Below, one piece after another: positions 7,539 through 15,401 of a stretch of DNA of 15,879 nucleotides. The stretch spans positions 1 to 15,879 of the forward strand of contig JANMKN010000334.1 in NCBI GenBank assembly GCA_031372065.1, given 5' to 3'. The first letter of the stretch is position 1; the number at the start of each line of letters is the position of its first letter. Under the pieces are notes generated by a model. It did not search any database, was not told where the DNA came from, and saw nothing but the letters and a program-made list of their open reading frames with translations. The DNA comes from Abditibacteriaceae bacterium. Lineage in GTDB: Bacteria; Armatimonadota; Abditibacteriia; Abditibacteriales; Abditibacteriaceae. The position numbers were made by a program, and so were the translations under genes.

Positions 7539-8585
7539 TCAATCAATACGCACTTCGTGGCCGGTGCGGGACGATTCGTAAATGGCGTCCAAAATCTTTT
7601 GCAGGGCCAGCGATTCGGTGGGTTTGATGAATGGCTCGGCTTTTCCAAGCAGCACATCAATGAAATGCGCCATGCGGTTGGTGTCTACCAGCGTCGGCAG
7701 CATTTCGACGGGTTCGATTTTGTAGCCATCGGGCGTGTCGTGCAAGATTTCCAGCGGCGGCAAGCGCAAACCGGCCTCGGTGCCGAAGATTTGCGTGTTG
7801 TCGGCGTTATCCAAGTGACCGGCCCACGAAGTTTCCAGTAAAACGGTGCGCCCGCTTTTCAGTTTGATGAGCGCAATCGCCAAATCGTCCACGTCGAAGG
7901 GCTTGCTCGGATCAATTTCGCCTTTGCCCCAACTGCCGTCGCCCAAACCGCGCGGGCCGAACTCTGAATAGGTTTTGCCGCTGACAGCCGCCGCGTCAAA
8001 TTCGCCCATCAAATACAAAGCGCGGTCAAGCGCGTGAACGCCGATGTCATAAACGCAGCCACCGCCGGCGAATTTGGTTTGCGTGAACCACGAACCAATG
8101 CGCGGGATGCCGCTGCGACGCATCATGGCGGTTTTGGCGTGATAAACGTCGCCCAAATCGCCGCGCGTGATGAGTTGCTTGGCGGTTTGCACCGTTTCGG
8201 TCATGCGATTGTTTTGGCCGACCATCAACAATTTGCCGCTTTTATTGGCCGCTTCGACTAATTTGGCGGCGTCGGCTGCGTTGGTGGCAACCGGCTTGTC
8301 AATCATGACGTTTTTGCCCGCTTGCAAGGCTTCGAGGCCAACCGGCGCGTGCAGATAGTTCGGCAATGCGATGGAAATGACATCAATATCTTCGCGCGCC
8401 AGCAGTTCTTTGTAGTCGGTGACAAGTTCGGGCACGTTGTATTTTTCAACGGCTTCTTGCCCGCGTTCGGGCGAAACTTCCGCGACAGCCACGACTTTGA
8501 CGGCTTCGTGTTTTTGAAACGAATCAATGTGATTGAGGCCAATGGCCCCAGCGCCGATAACGGCAACGTTAAATGAATTTTTCAT
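7539..8585 (-). CDS. Gfo/Idh/MocA-family NAD(P)-dependent oxidoreductase
   Basis: VAVIGAGAIG Rossmann motif, DYKELL...DIDVISIALPNYLH, ALQAGKNVMIDKP (EKP variant), VGQNNR, AGGGCVYDIGVHALD, DVDDLA. Confidence 0.93.
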   Translation of the reverse strand: MKNSFNVAVIGAGAIGLNHIDSFQKHEAVKVVAVAEVSPERGQEAVEKYNVPELVTDYKELLAREDIDVISIALPNYLHAPVGLEALQAGKNVMIDKPVATNAADAAKLVEAANKSGKLLMVGQNNRMTETVQTAKQLITRGDLGDVYHAKTAMMRRSGIPRIGSWFTQTKFAGGGCVYDIGVHALDRALYLMGEFDAAAVSGKTYSEFGPRGLGDGSWGKGEIDPSKPFDVDDLAIALIKLKSGRTVLLETSWAGHLDNADNTQIFGTEAGLRLPPLEILHDTPDGYKIEPVEMLPTLVDTNRMAHFIDVLLGKAEPFIKPTESLALQKILDAIYESSRTGHEVRID

Positions 8586-8644
8586 GGGAATCGCGCGCAG
8601 TTTACGGCAATAGGCCGCGAAAAACAGCCCTCACCGCCAAAAGA

Positions 8645-8695
8645 CAAACAAAACCGGCGCGAAAGCAATCGCTTTCGCGCCGGTTTTGTGTGTTT
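8645..8695. terminator. Hairpin/terminator downstream of the AT-rich orphan gene (copy A of a duplicated hairpin)
   Basis: 19-bp perfect arms ACAAAACCGGCGCGAAAGC (8648-8666) / GCTTTCGCGCCGGTTTTGT (8671-8689), loop AATC. Confidence 0.85.
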
Positions 8696-9223
8696 TTACT
8701 TCTTCGCGCTTTGGCTGGCATCGAAAAATAAAATGGCGTTGCCTTTGTGCTGAATGGTTGGCTTTTGCCACTTGCGATGAAGAAATTTCATATGGTTTTG
8801 GTAGTCTTTACCATCCCACCAAAATTCATAGATTGCCCCACTGCGAGTGCCAGCAATGGCTCGATAATCAAGTGTATGTAATGCAAAATCTTGAAGATTC
8901 GATATTGGTTCTACTTCTTCTATGAAATAAATGAACGGCACACGATTATTGTATTGATTGACCGCGCGATTAACAGTCTTTTGATACTCTATGTCCTCTG
9001 AATCATCCACATATGTTGGCTCCCACTTTTGTATGAGACCACAATTAATAGCACCGTAAAATTGCAACCCCAAAACCTTACGCGCTTCGCGTTCAGCAGC
9101 ATTTATATGCGAGTCGTTGCGCCAATACATGAATTTGACGGACACAAGCAAAGCTACTGGAATCGTCACGGAAACAAACCAGCGCAAGAATTTGGTTTTT
9201 AGTGGCGCTTTCATGGCTTTCAT
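8696..9223 (-). CDS. AT-rich hypothetical protein with N-terminal membrane anchor (~175 aa; start 9223 or 9214)
   Basis: Open frame fills the space between two hairpins. Basic N-terminus then a hydrophobic helix (KFLRWFVSVTIPVALLVSVKF). Hand-counted GC 92/240 (~38%) over 8821-9060. The track's 9415 start overlaps rpsR and crosses a terminator. Confidence 0.7.
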   Translation of the reverse strand: MKAMKAPLKTKFLRWFVSVTIPVALLVSVKFMYWRNDSHINAAEREARKVLGLQFYGAINCGLIQKWEPTYVDDSEDIEYQKTVNRAVNQYNNRVPFIYFIEEVEPISNLQDFALHTLDYRAIAGTRSGAIYEFWWDGKDYQNHMKFLHRKWQKPTIQHKGNAILFFDASQSAKK

Positions 9224-9230
9224 TACACCA

Positions 9231-9280
9231 AAAACAAAACCGGCTCGAAAGCGATTGCTTTCGAGCCAGTTTTTGTGTTG
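9231..9280 (-). terminator. Intrinsic terminator of the rpsF-ssb-rpsR operon (copy B of the duplicated hairpin)
   Basis: AAAACCGGCTCGAAAGC-GATT-GCTTTCGAGCCAGTTTT. The single mismatch is a G-U pair on the minus-strand RNA, and a T-rich tail follows on the minus strand. Confidence 0.85.
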
Positions 9281-9284
9281 TGGT

Positions 9285-9548
9285 TTAGCGGGTTTGGTCA
9301 ACCGTGTAATACAAGATCGCCATGAAATGGGCGCGCTTGATTTGTTCGGCGACGACACGCTGGTGCTTGGCGCAATTGCCCGTTGAGCGGCGTGGCAGAA
9401 TTTTGCCACGATCACTTATGAACGGCTTCAATTGCGTTGCGCTTTTGTAGTCCACCGACAACGCTTTGTCGGCGCAAAAGCGGCACTTTTTAGCCTTCAT
9501 CGGGCGCAGCGGACGGCGGCTGCGCGAAGAAGAAGAATTAAGTCGCAT
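9285..9548 (-). CDS. rpsR: 30S ribosomal protein bS18 (Zn-binding C+ form)
   Basis: KKCRFC...VDYK....LKPFISDRGKILPRRSTGNCAKHQR.V...IKRA. AGGAG RBS. Follows ssb. Confidence 0.97.
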   Translation of the reverse strand: MRLNSSSSRSRRPLRPMKAKKCRFCADKALSVDYKSATQLKPFISDRGKILPRRSTGNCAKHQRVVAEQIKRAHFMAILYYTVDQTR

Positions 9549-9603
9549 GAATTAAATACTCCTTTGGCTTCCAGTGCGCGCGTTTGAACACACTTTAGCC
9601 TTC

Positions 9604-10293
9604 TTACTCATCAGCGAATGGGTCGCTGTCATCAAAATCGTAATCGTTTTGTGGATAAGCCGGTTGTGGAGCCGCGCCACGTCCTGCCGGAGCCGCTTGC
9701 GCGGCGCCTTGCGGACGAGGAGCGCCTTGCGGATTGCCTTGCGGAGCCGGACGTGCTTGCGCTTGTTGAGGCGGAGCCGCGTTTTGCGAACGGGCCGGAG
9801 CCGCGCCCATTTCGTCGTCGAAATATTCGCCGCCACCGCCTTGTGGAACACCTTGTCCGCCGCCTTGACGGTTTTGGTAGCCGCCACTGCCTTGCGAACC
9901 GCCTTGCGGGGCGCTTTGCGAGCCGCCTTGCGGGGCGCTTTGCGAGCCGCCACCTTCGCCATCGCGGGCCGCGTCGAGTGTTTCAATGTTGTCACATTGA
10001 ACATCTGCCGACATACGGCGCTGACCGTCTTTATCGGTGTATTCGTTCAGTTCAATTGAACCTTCGACACAGATTAAACGGCCTTTTTGGACGTATTGCT
10101 GCATGAACTCAGCTTTCTGACGCCATGCAGTGCAACGGAAGAAGTCGGTCTTGCGCTCTCCGGTTTGCTGATCTTTGAAGCGGCGATCTACAGCGATGCT
10201 GAAAGATGCCACGGCCAGACCACTGGAGGTGTAACGCAATTCGGGGTCGCGGGTCAGGCGACCAATCAAAATGACCTTGTTCAATGACGGCAT
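9604..10293 (-). CDS. ssb: Single-stranded DNA-binding protein
   Basis: LNKVILIGRLTRDPELRYT..G..VASFSIAVDR, TDFFRCTAW, KGRLICVEG. G/Q/P-rich linker and acidic tail DDSDPFADE. Lies between rpsF and rpsR. Confidence 0.97.
   Translation of the reverse strand: MPSLNKVILIGRLTRDPELRYTSSGLAVASFSIAVDRRFKDQQTGERKTDFFRCTAWRQKAEFMQQYVQKGRLICVEGSIELNEYTDKDGQRRMSADVQCDNIETLDAARDGEGGGSQSAPQGGSQSAPQGGSQGSGGYQNRQGGGQGVPQGGGGEYFDDEMGAAPARSQNAAPPQQAQARPAPQGNPQGAPRPQGAAQAAPAGRGAAPQPAYPQNDYDFDDSDPFADE
9899..9951. repeat. Exact 24-bp tandem duplication in the SSB linker (SQSAPQGG x2)
   Basis: CCGCCTTGCGGGGCGCTTTGCGAG at 9899-9922 and 9923-9946. Confidence 0.9.
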
Positions 10294-10440
10294 AACTTGT
10301 CTCCTCTCCTGACGGTCTTGAAAATTACGAACGGCTCAGACCGGACAGGGCACACTTTTCTCAAAACAACCGCTCGCTACAAACATTATAACGAAGCCTG
10401 TTTTCATTGAAAAGAGAAAAACCGGCATTTTTTCCACGAT

Positions 10441-10962
10441 TTATTCTTCGTCCAGACGAATCGTCATGTGACGCAGAATTGCTTCATCCAGCTTCAATAC
10501 GCGGTCAAGTTCAGCAGCAGCTTCTTTTGTAAAGCGGCCATTGATGATGACGTAGAAGCCTTCGATTTCTTTTTTGATGATATAAGCCAGACGGCGTTGT
10601 TCGGAAACGCGCACGTTGTCCACGACGCCACCGCTTTCTTCGATGATGGCGCGGGCACGCTTGCTGGCCTCGTCGGTGCTTTCAGTGATGCGAACGATGA
10701 AAATCAATTCGTAATCGCGGCCACCTTCCACTTCGACACGTTCGGTCGCAGCAGGGGCGGTTGCCGTTTGTGACAACGATTCGTTCAGTTCGGGTGCGTT
10801 CGCGGGTTCAGCAGTAGCTTCGTCAGCAGTAGCTTCTTCAGCGACAGCTTCGTCGGCAACGACTTCGTTAGTAGATGCTTCTTCAGCAGAGGTTTCTTCG
10901 GACGCTTCAGGCGCGTCGGTTTCTTCTGTCGTTTCGGCGACAGGGATTTCTTCTTCAGCCAA
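10441..10962 (-). CDS. rpsF: 30S ribosomal protein bS6 with an ~80-aa acidic N-terminal extension; TTG start
   Basis: Core RDYELIFIV...IIEESGG.V......RRLAYIIKKEIEGFY........AELDRVLKLDEAILRHMTIR. Strong SD AGGAGGTGA just upstream of TTG 10962. First gene of rpsF-ssb-rpsR. Confidence 0.95.
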   Translation of the reverse strand: MAEEEIPVAETTEETDAPEASEETSAEEASTNEVVADEAVAEEATADEATAEPANAPELNESLSQTATAPAATERVEVEGGRDYELIFIVRITESTDEASKRARAIIEESGGVVDNVRVSEQRRLAYIIKKEIEGFYVIINGRFTKEAAAELDRVLKLDEAILRHMTIRLDEE

Positions 10963-11070
10963 TCAGTTCACCTCCTTCCTGTGGGCGATCTTGCTTGATA
11001 GGAATTTTCCTACAAGACATGGCCTCCGGCCCGGATTGGCACACCGAAGGCAGGAAGGTAAATTTACAAG
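10963..11070 (-). ncRNA. rpsF 5' leader, likely S6:S18-binding cis-regulatory RNA
   Basis: In the transcript, CCUUCCUG (11058-11051) pairs with CAGGAAGG (10981-10974), which runs into the SD. A CC-containing junction and internal hairpins lie between. Position and SD-sequestering stem match the known S6:S18 leader architecture. Confidence 0.65.
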
Positions 11071-11077
11071 CCCCTTA

Positions 11078-11106
11078 ATTATAGAGAAGCCGATTCAATG
11101 CTGCAA
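11078..11106 (-). promoter_or_regulatory. sigma70 promoter of rpsF-ssb-rpsR
   Basis: TTGCAG (11106-11101), 17-nt spacer, TATAAT (11083-11078). Confidence 0.8.
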
Positions 11107-11126
11107 CCTGAATTTATGTTGCGTTT

Positions 11127-14100
11127 TTACTTCCCAAGGGCTTCCAGAATGACTTCTTCGCGCGAAAGCAGGCGCCCGCGTCGCCATAGGGCTTCGATAT
11201 TGGCGTCGTCGCCATTTTGTGCAAGGGCGGCGCGGGTTTGCGCGACGCAATCTTCGTAGCAGGGGCGAGCGATGGGGAATAAAACGTGGCCGGTGGCTTC
11301 ACGCAAGGCATCGGTGGCGCCCAAAAAGCGCGCGGCGCGTTGTGGTTTGCCGTCATGCAAGGCCAGCCATGCGAAATGTTCCAATACATAAACTAATTCC
11401 CACACGCTGCCTAAATCGCGCAGAATCATCAAATTTTCGATGCTATACGCGCGCGCTGCGTTAATGTCGCCTTGATGCCACGCAACGCGGGTCAGGCCCA
11501 ATAACGCTCGCGCTGTGCTCCATTTATCGCCCATTTCACGCAGTAAAGGCAAGCTGGCTTCGTGGAGTTCGCGAGCGGCGATGTAGTTTTTCTCCATACC
11601 TTCCACCCAGCCGAGATTATTGAGCGCGAAGGCGATGCCGCGCCTGTCATTTAGTTCGTGCGAAATATCCAGAGATTCTTCGAGAAGTTCGCGCACGCCG
11701 CCGTCGGCGAGATAGAATTTCACCAAAGCCAGACCCAGCATAAAATCTTTAATGATGCGCGGGTCGCCATCAGTGCGCACCAGCATTAAGCCTTCTTCGA
11801 GCATCGCTTTGGCTGAAGCATCGCCTTGACACATGGCGACCAAGCCGAGGCTATGCAGCGCGTTAGCCACGCCGCGCCGATATTCGGGCGTGTTAGGAGC
11901 ATCTTGCAGACGCACCAAACTCAGGCATTCGCCCAGCAAACGCCGCGCGGCAGAAAAATCGGCGCGATACCATGCCAAACGGCCCGCGCCATTGAGCGCC
12001 CGCAAATAAAGCGGCAAGGGCAGAGGCAGGTTCGGCGCAATAGCGAGAGGGCGCGTCGTTTTTTTCGCGGATTCATCTTTTGTCTTTTGGGGTTTGACAA
12101 CGCTATCGGTGAGGCTATCAGCGACACCATGTGTGCCAGCGGCGCTTAAAGCGCGGTCAAGCCAGTCGCGGCCTTCGGCGAAAAGACCGCGCGCTTCCCA
12201 AAAACGCCACAAGGCGCCCGCCATTTGCACGCATTGGGCCGGCGCGTGGCAAAGCGACCATGCCAGCGCGGCGCGCAGATTGTCAATTTCCGGGTCAAGA
12301 TGGCGCAGCCACACATCGCGTCCGGCATCCATTAATTCAAAAGAAGCGCGTTCAGCAAGGCCAATATAATAGGCGGCGTGGCGCGCTTCCAAAGCGGCGC
12401 ATTGCGTAGCGTCCAATTGCTCCATGGCGAAACTGCGCAGCATGGACAGCATGGAAAAACGGATTTCCTCGCCTTGTTCTTCGGCGGCAATCAACGAATG
12501 ATCTTGCAAGCGCAAGAGGTTTTCAAAAGCCTCGCCGGTAAAAGGATCGTTTGTTTCCGGTTTCAGATTTCTGGCTTCGGTGACCAGCTTCAAATGCTCC
12601 TCGCCTGCTAACGGAGCATCGTTTAAGGCATCGTCATCCGCAGTCGCGACAAATTGGGCCGCTTCAGGCGTCCATCCGCCTCGAAAGACCCACAGGCGCG
12701 TGAAAAATTGGCGCAGTTCAGCATCAAGGAGTTCATAACTCCATTGAATCACGGCCCGCAATGAGCGTTGGCGGGATGGTGTGTTCAAACGATCATCATG
12801 AAAATAATCCAAATGATCGAAGTCTTTGTCCTCGCTTGGCTCACGATTTTCGGCGTGCTGTTCGCGATTTTGCTGTGCGCTGCGGCCAAAAAGCGAAACA
12901 ATCTGCTGCGGTGTCAAGCCTTGCGAGTGCGAAGCTACCAGTTCAATGGCTAAGGGCACGCCTTCTAACAGCCGACAAAGTTGCGCGACGGCATCCGTAT
13001 AAGGCGGATTCAATTCGAATGTCGGGCGTGCCAAGCGAGCGCGATCAACAAAAAGCCTTACGCTATCAGAAGTGTTAGTTTGCTGACGCCACCGCCGGTG
13101 TTCGGCATCCGAGAAGGGGCGTCCGGCTTGTTCGGCAAGTAGGGGCGGCACAGGCAAGGGTAGAACAGGAACTTCGCGTTCGCCTTCAATATCCAGACTG
13201 TGCCGTGAGGTCACCAGACAGGACAACGAAGGCGCCATCATCAGCAATCTTTTTAAAATGTCCACGCCGCCATCGCGCAGTTGCTCGAAATTATCCAGCA
13301 CCAAAAGCGACGGGCATTGCCCCAATTCGTTGACGACTTGCAGCCACGGATCAAGGGCCGGTGCGCCCGGCAAGCGCAGCGTATCCACGATGGCGTGAAT
13401 GATTAAATGTGGCTCGCGCACTCCCGACAGCGGAACAAACCACACAGCGCGCCGATAGGCATCGCGCAGGCTGCGGGCAGCTTCCAGTGCCAATCGTGTT
13501 TTGCCGCAGCCACCAAATCCCGTTAGCGTGACGATGCGCGCCGCCGATGGCGCGCCGGAGCGATTGTGATTTGTCGAGCTGCGCGAAGCATTGGTATGGC
13601 GACGGGGCGTTAGCAGCGTCGCGATTTCTTGTAACTCGCGTTGGCGTCCAAAAAACGAAGTCAACGATGTGGGCAAATCGCCTGAATGTAGCGGTGGCGC
13701 CAGCAAAGCGGGAAACACGCGCGCCGCCAAATTGGGATATGAAATTTGATAAATGCGCTCTGGAACCGACACATTATGCAAGCGATAAATGCCCATGTCC
13801 TCCAGGGCCACATCGCCTTCAAGATCACGACGAAGCAACACACCCGTCACTTCCGAGCAAAGCGTTTGGCCGGGATGCCCAGCTTGTAAAACCGACAACG
13901 CCCGATCTAAAGCCGCGCGTTTGATGCCGGTTTGCATAGCGGCCACCGGCACGCCTGTATGACCTGCATAAAGGGGCCGTTGTGAGTCTTCGATGGCCCA
14001 CAACCCGCCATCGCCGGTGTCCAATGCCATGCGGCAGGCGCCGCAATAGGCATTAAATTGGGCATGACTGCGCAATTGGCGGCGAATGGCCGACGCACAA

Positions 14101-15401
14101 GAAAGGGCATCGCTCGCCGCACGAAAAATCGTCCACAGGCTGTCAGAGCGCAAGGGGCCAAATTCGTGACCGCCATAGCGCCCAATGATGTCGCGCAACC
14201 GCGCTCGGCAATTGCTCTGCTCATTTTCTTCGTCCCCTGAAAGAGGCCCGTCGTTGTTTGGTGAATGCAAATTGTCGAGCAATAAAAACGTGACGGAGCT
14301 TCCAACCCATAACGAGGAACGAGCTTTGGTCACTTTGGGCGAATGAGCGGATTTTTCGGACGTTCCATGACCATTGTGACCATTGGTATGCCCATTTGCG
14401 TGCCCGTTTGTATAACCATTCAAATGCCCATTGGTATGTCCATTTGGCCCCACAGCGTGCTTTTCAACAGCGCGCTTTTCAAGCGAATTTTTCTCGGATG
14501 CCAAAACGCGCGCCGAGTTTAGGAGGATAGATTGAGTTTCTATTTGGGGTGAGGGTTTGCTGGTGGAGTGCGTCGTTGTTTTGGCTTGTGGTTTCAGTAA
14601 CGATGCCATTAAAGCCTGCGTCGTGGGAGCAGGCGCGCGTCCGAAGCTTTTGCGGAGGGCTTTACTGAAACGCTCGTAGTGCAAGCGAGCCGCATCGTGT
14701 TGGCTTTGCGCGACATAGAGGCGTAGCAAATCATAATGGGCTTCTTCGCGCAAAGGGTCAACGCTGGCCGCGTGATAGGCATAGCGCAAGGCGCGTTCGG
14801 GTTCGTTGGCTTCTTCGAGTAGCGACAATAAATCGCGCGCGGCATCGAAAAACAAGCCTTCCAAGCGCCGCGCTTCGGCAGGAATCCAGCCTTCTTCGTA
14901 GTCGCGCAGTAATTCGCCGCGATATAAATCTGCGGCCTCGCATAAATGGCGCGAACGCGCTGCCAAAGTTGTCGCGCCTGCGGCGGCTTGCAACTCATTC
15001 TCAAAAAGCGTGACATCGGTCACGGTATGCCGCCACTTTAAGCCGATGGTGTGGTTGCCAATAACTATTAAATCATCGGGATTAAACCCTTTTTCCGCTA
15101 AAGTGTTCTTTAAACGATTTAAGGTCACGCGCAGATTATTGCGGGCTTTTTCCGTGTCGCTATCGGGCCAAAGCGCATCGGATAATATATCGCGGGCCTG
15201 ACCTTCGCCGTGATGATTTGGGCGATGAAAAGCCAGATAAGCGAGCAGAGCGCCAGCCTTGCGCGCCGGAAAATGAGTAATGGCATCGCCGGGGCCTGCG
15301 CCCGGTGGCAAAAGGCGCAAACTGCCGAACATTTCGATGCGCCACAAAGGTTCTGTGCCTGAATTTGCGTTGTCGAAGCTATCATTTGCTATTTCGGTCA
15401 T
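11127..15401 (-). CDS. Large AfsR/SARP-like regulator: N-terminal DNA-binding region + BTAD + degenerate class III cyclase-like domain + STAND (NB-ARC-like) ATPase + TPR repeats (~1,424 aa)
   Basis: RKAGALLAYLA..LSDALWPD..KARNNLRVTLNRLK; BTAD DVTLFE..AADLYRGELL..DPLREEAH..LLRLY; cyclase-like VTFLLLD..GHPGQTLCSEVT..ERIYQI; LPTSLTSFFGRQREL; Walker A GFGGCGKT; Walker B LLVLDNFEQ; LEGVPLAIEL; RQRSLRAVIQWSYELL; TPR-like helices. Start chosen at ATG 15401 because AAGGA lies 7 nt upstream. Confidence 0.88.
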   Translation of the reverse strand: MTEIANDSFDNANSGTEPLWRIEMFGSLRLLPPGAGPGDAITHFPARKAGALLAYLAFHRPNHHGEGQARDILSDALWPDSDTEKARNNLRVTLNRLKNTLAEKGFNPDDLIVIGNHTIGLKWRHTVTDVTLFENELQAAAGATTLAARSRHLCEAADLYRGELLRDYEEGWIPAEARRLEGLFFDAARDLLSLLEEANEPERALRYAYHAASVDPLREEAHYDLLRLYVAQSQHDAARLHYERFSKALRKSFGRAPAPTTQALMASLLKPQAKTTTHSTSKPSPQIETQSILLNSARVLASEKNSLEKRAVEKHAVGPNGHTNGHLNGYTNGHANGHTNGHNGHGTSEKSAHSPKVTKARSSLWVGSSVTFLLLDNLHSPNNDGPLSGDEENEQSNCRARLRDIIGRYGGHEFGPLRSDSLWTIFRAASDALSCASAIRRQLRSHAQFNAYCGACRMALDTGDGGLWAIEDSQRPLYAGHTGVPVAAMQTGIKRAALDRALSVLQAGHPGQTLCSEVTGVLLRRDLEGDVALEDMGIYRLHNVSVPERIYQISYPNLAARVFPALLAPPLHSGDLPTSLTSFFGRQRELQEIATLLTPRRHTNASRSSTNHNRSGAPSAARIVTLTGFGGCGKTRLALEAARSLRDAYRRAVWFVPLSGVREPHLIIHAIVDTLRLPGAPALDPWLQVVNELGQCPSLLVLDNFEQLRDGGVDILKRLLMMAPSLSCLVTSRHSLDIEGEREVPVLPLPVPPLLAEQAGRPFSDAEHRRWRQQTNTSDSVRLFVDRARLARPTFELNPPYTDAVAQLCRLLEGVPLAIELVASHSQGLTPQQIVSLFGRSAQQNREQHAENREPSEDKDFDHLDYFHDDRLNTPSRQRSLRAVIQWSYELLDAELRQFFTRLWVFRGGWTPEAAQFVATADDDALNDAPLAGEEHLKLVTEARNLKPETNDPFTGEAFENLLRLQDHSLIAAEEQGEEIRFSMLSMLRSFAMEQLDATQCAALEARHAAYYIGLAERASFELMDAGRDVWLRHLDPEIDNLRAALAWSLCHAPAQCVQMAGALWRFWEARGLFAEGRDWLDRALSAAGTHGVADSLTDSVVKPQKTKDESAKKTTRPLAIAPNLPLPLPLYLRALNGAGRLAWYRADFSAARRLLGECLSLVRLQDAPNTPEYRRGVANALHSLGLVAMCQGDASAKAMLEEGLMLVRTDGDPRIIKDFMLGLALVKFYLADGGVRELLEESLDISHELNDRRGIAFALNNLGWVEGMEKNYIAARELHEASLPLLREMGDKWSTARALLGLTRVAWHQGDINAARAYSIENLMILRDLGSVWELVYVLEHFAWLALHDGKPQRAARFLGATDALREATGHVLFPIARPCYEDCVAQTRAALAQNGDDANIEALWRRGRLLSREEVILEALGK

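Noticed and set aside
7041..7841. 266-aa plus-strand ORF with heptad repeats (CKVVYST/RIVLYSS)
   Set aside because: Overlaps lysR and the oxidoreductase antisense and crosses a terminator. The heptads are a by-product of the 21-bp period, and an equivalent open frame exists on the other strand because of the palindromy.
8645..9284. Integron attC cassette or IS/MITE call for the duplicated hairpins
   Set aside because: No RYYYAAC...GTTRRRY core sites or extrahelical-base pattern, no integrase or transposase, and no clear target-site duplication.
9224..9415. N-terminal extension of the orphan ORF in the ORF track
   Set aside because: Overlaps rpsR out of frame and crosses the operon terminator.
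9552..10004. Histone H1-like K/A/R-rich ORF (AARKAPRKAARKAPRK) overlapping ssb in another frame
   Set aside because: Explained as the shifted reading of the CAA-GGC/GCG-CCC (Gln-Gly/Ala-Pro) codons of the SSB linker. No independent evidence of expression.
4551..15401. Anti-phage system combining Sir2 and STAND ATPase (Avs/Thoeris/DSR-like)
   Set aside because: The sirtuin is a canonical Zn-binding deacylase, the STAND protein has a SARP regulator architecture, and they are ~6 kb apart in separate transcription units.
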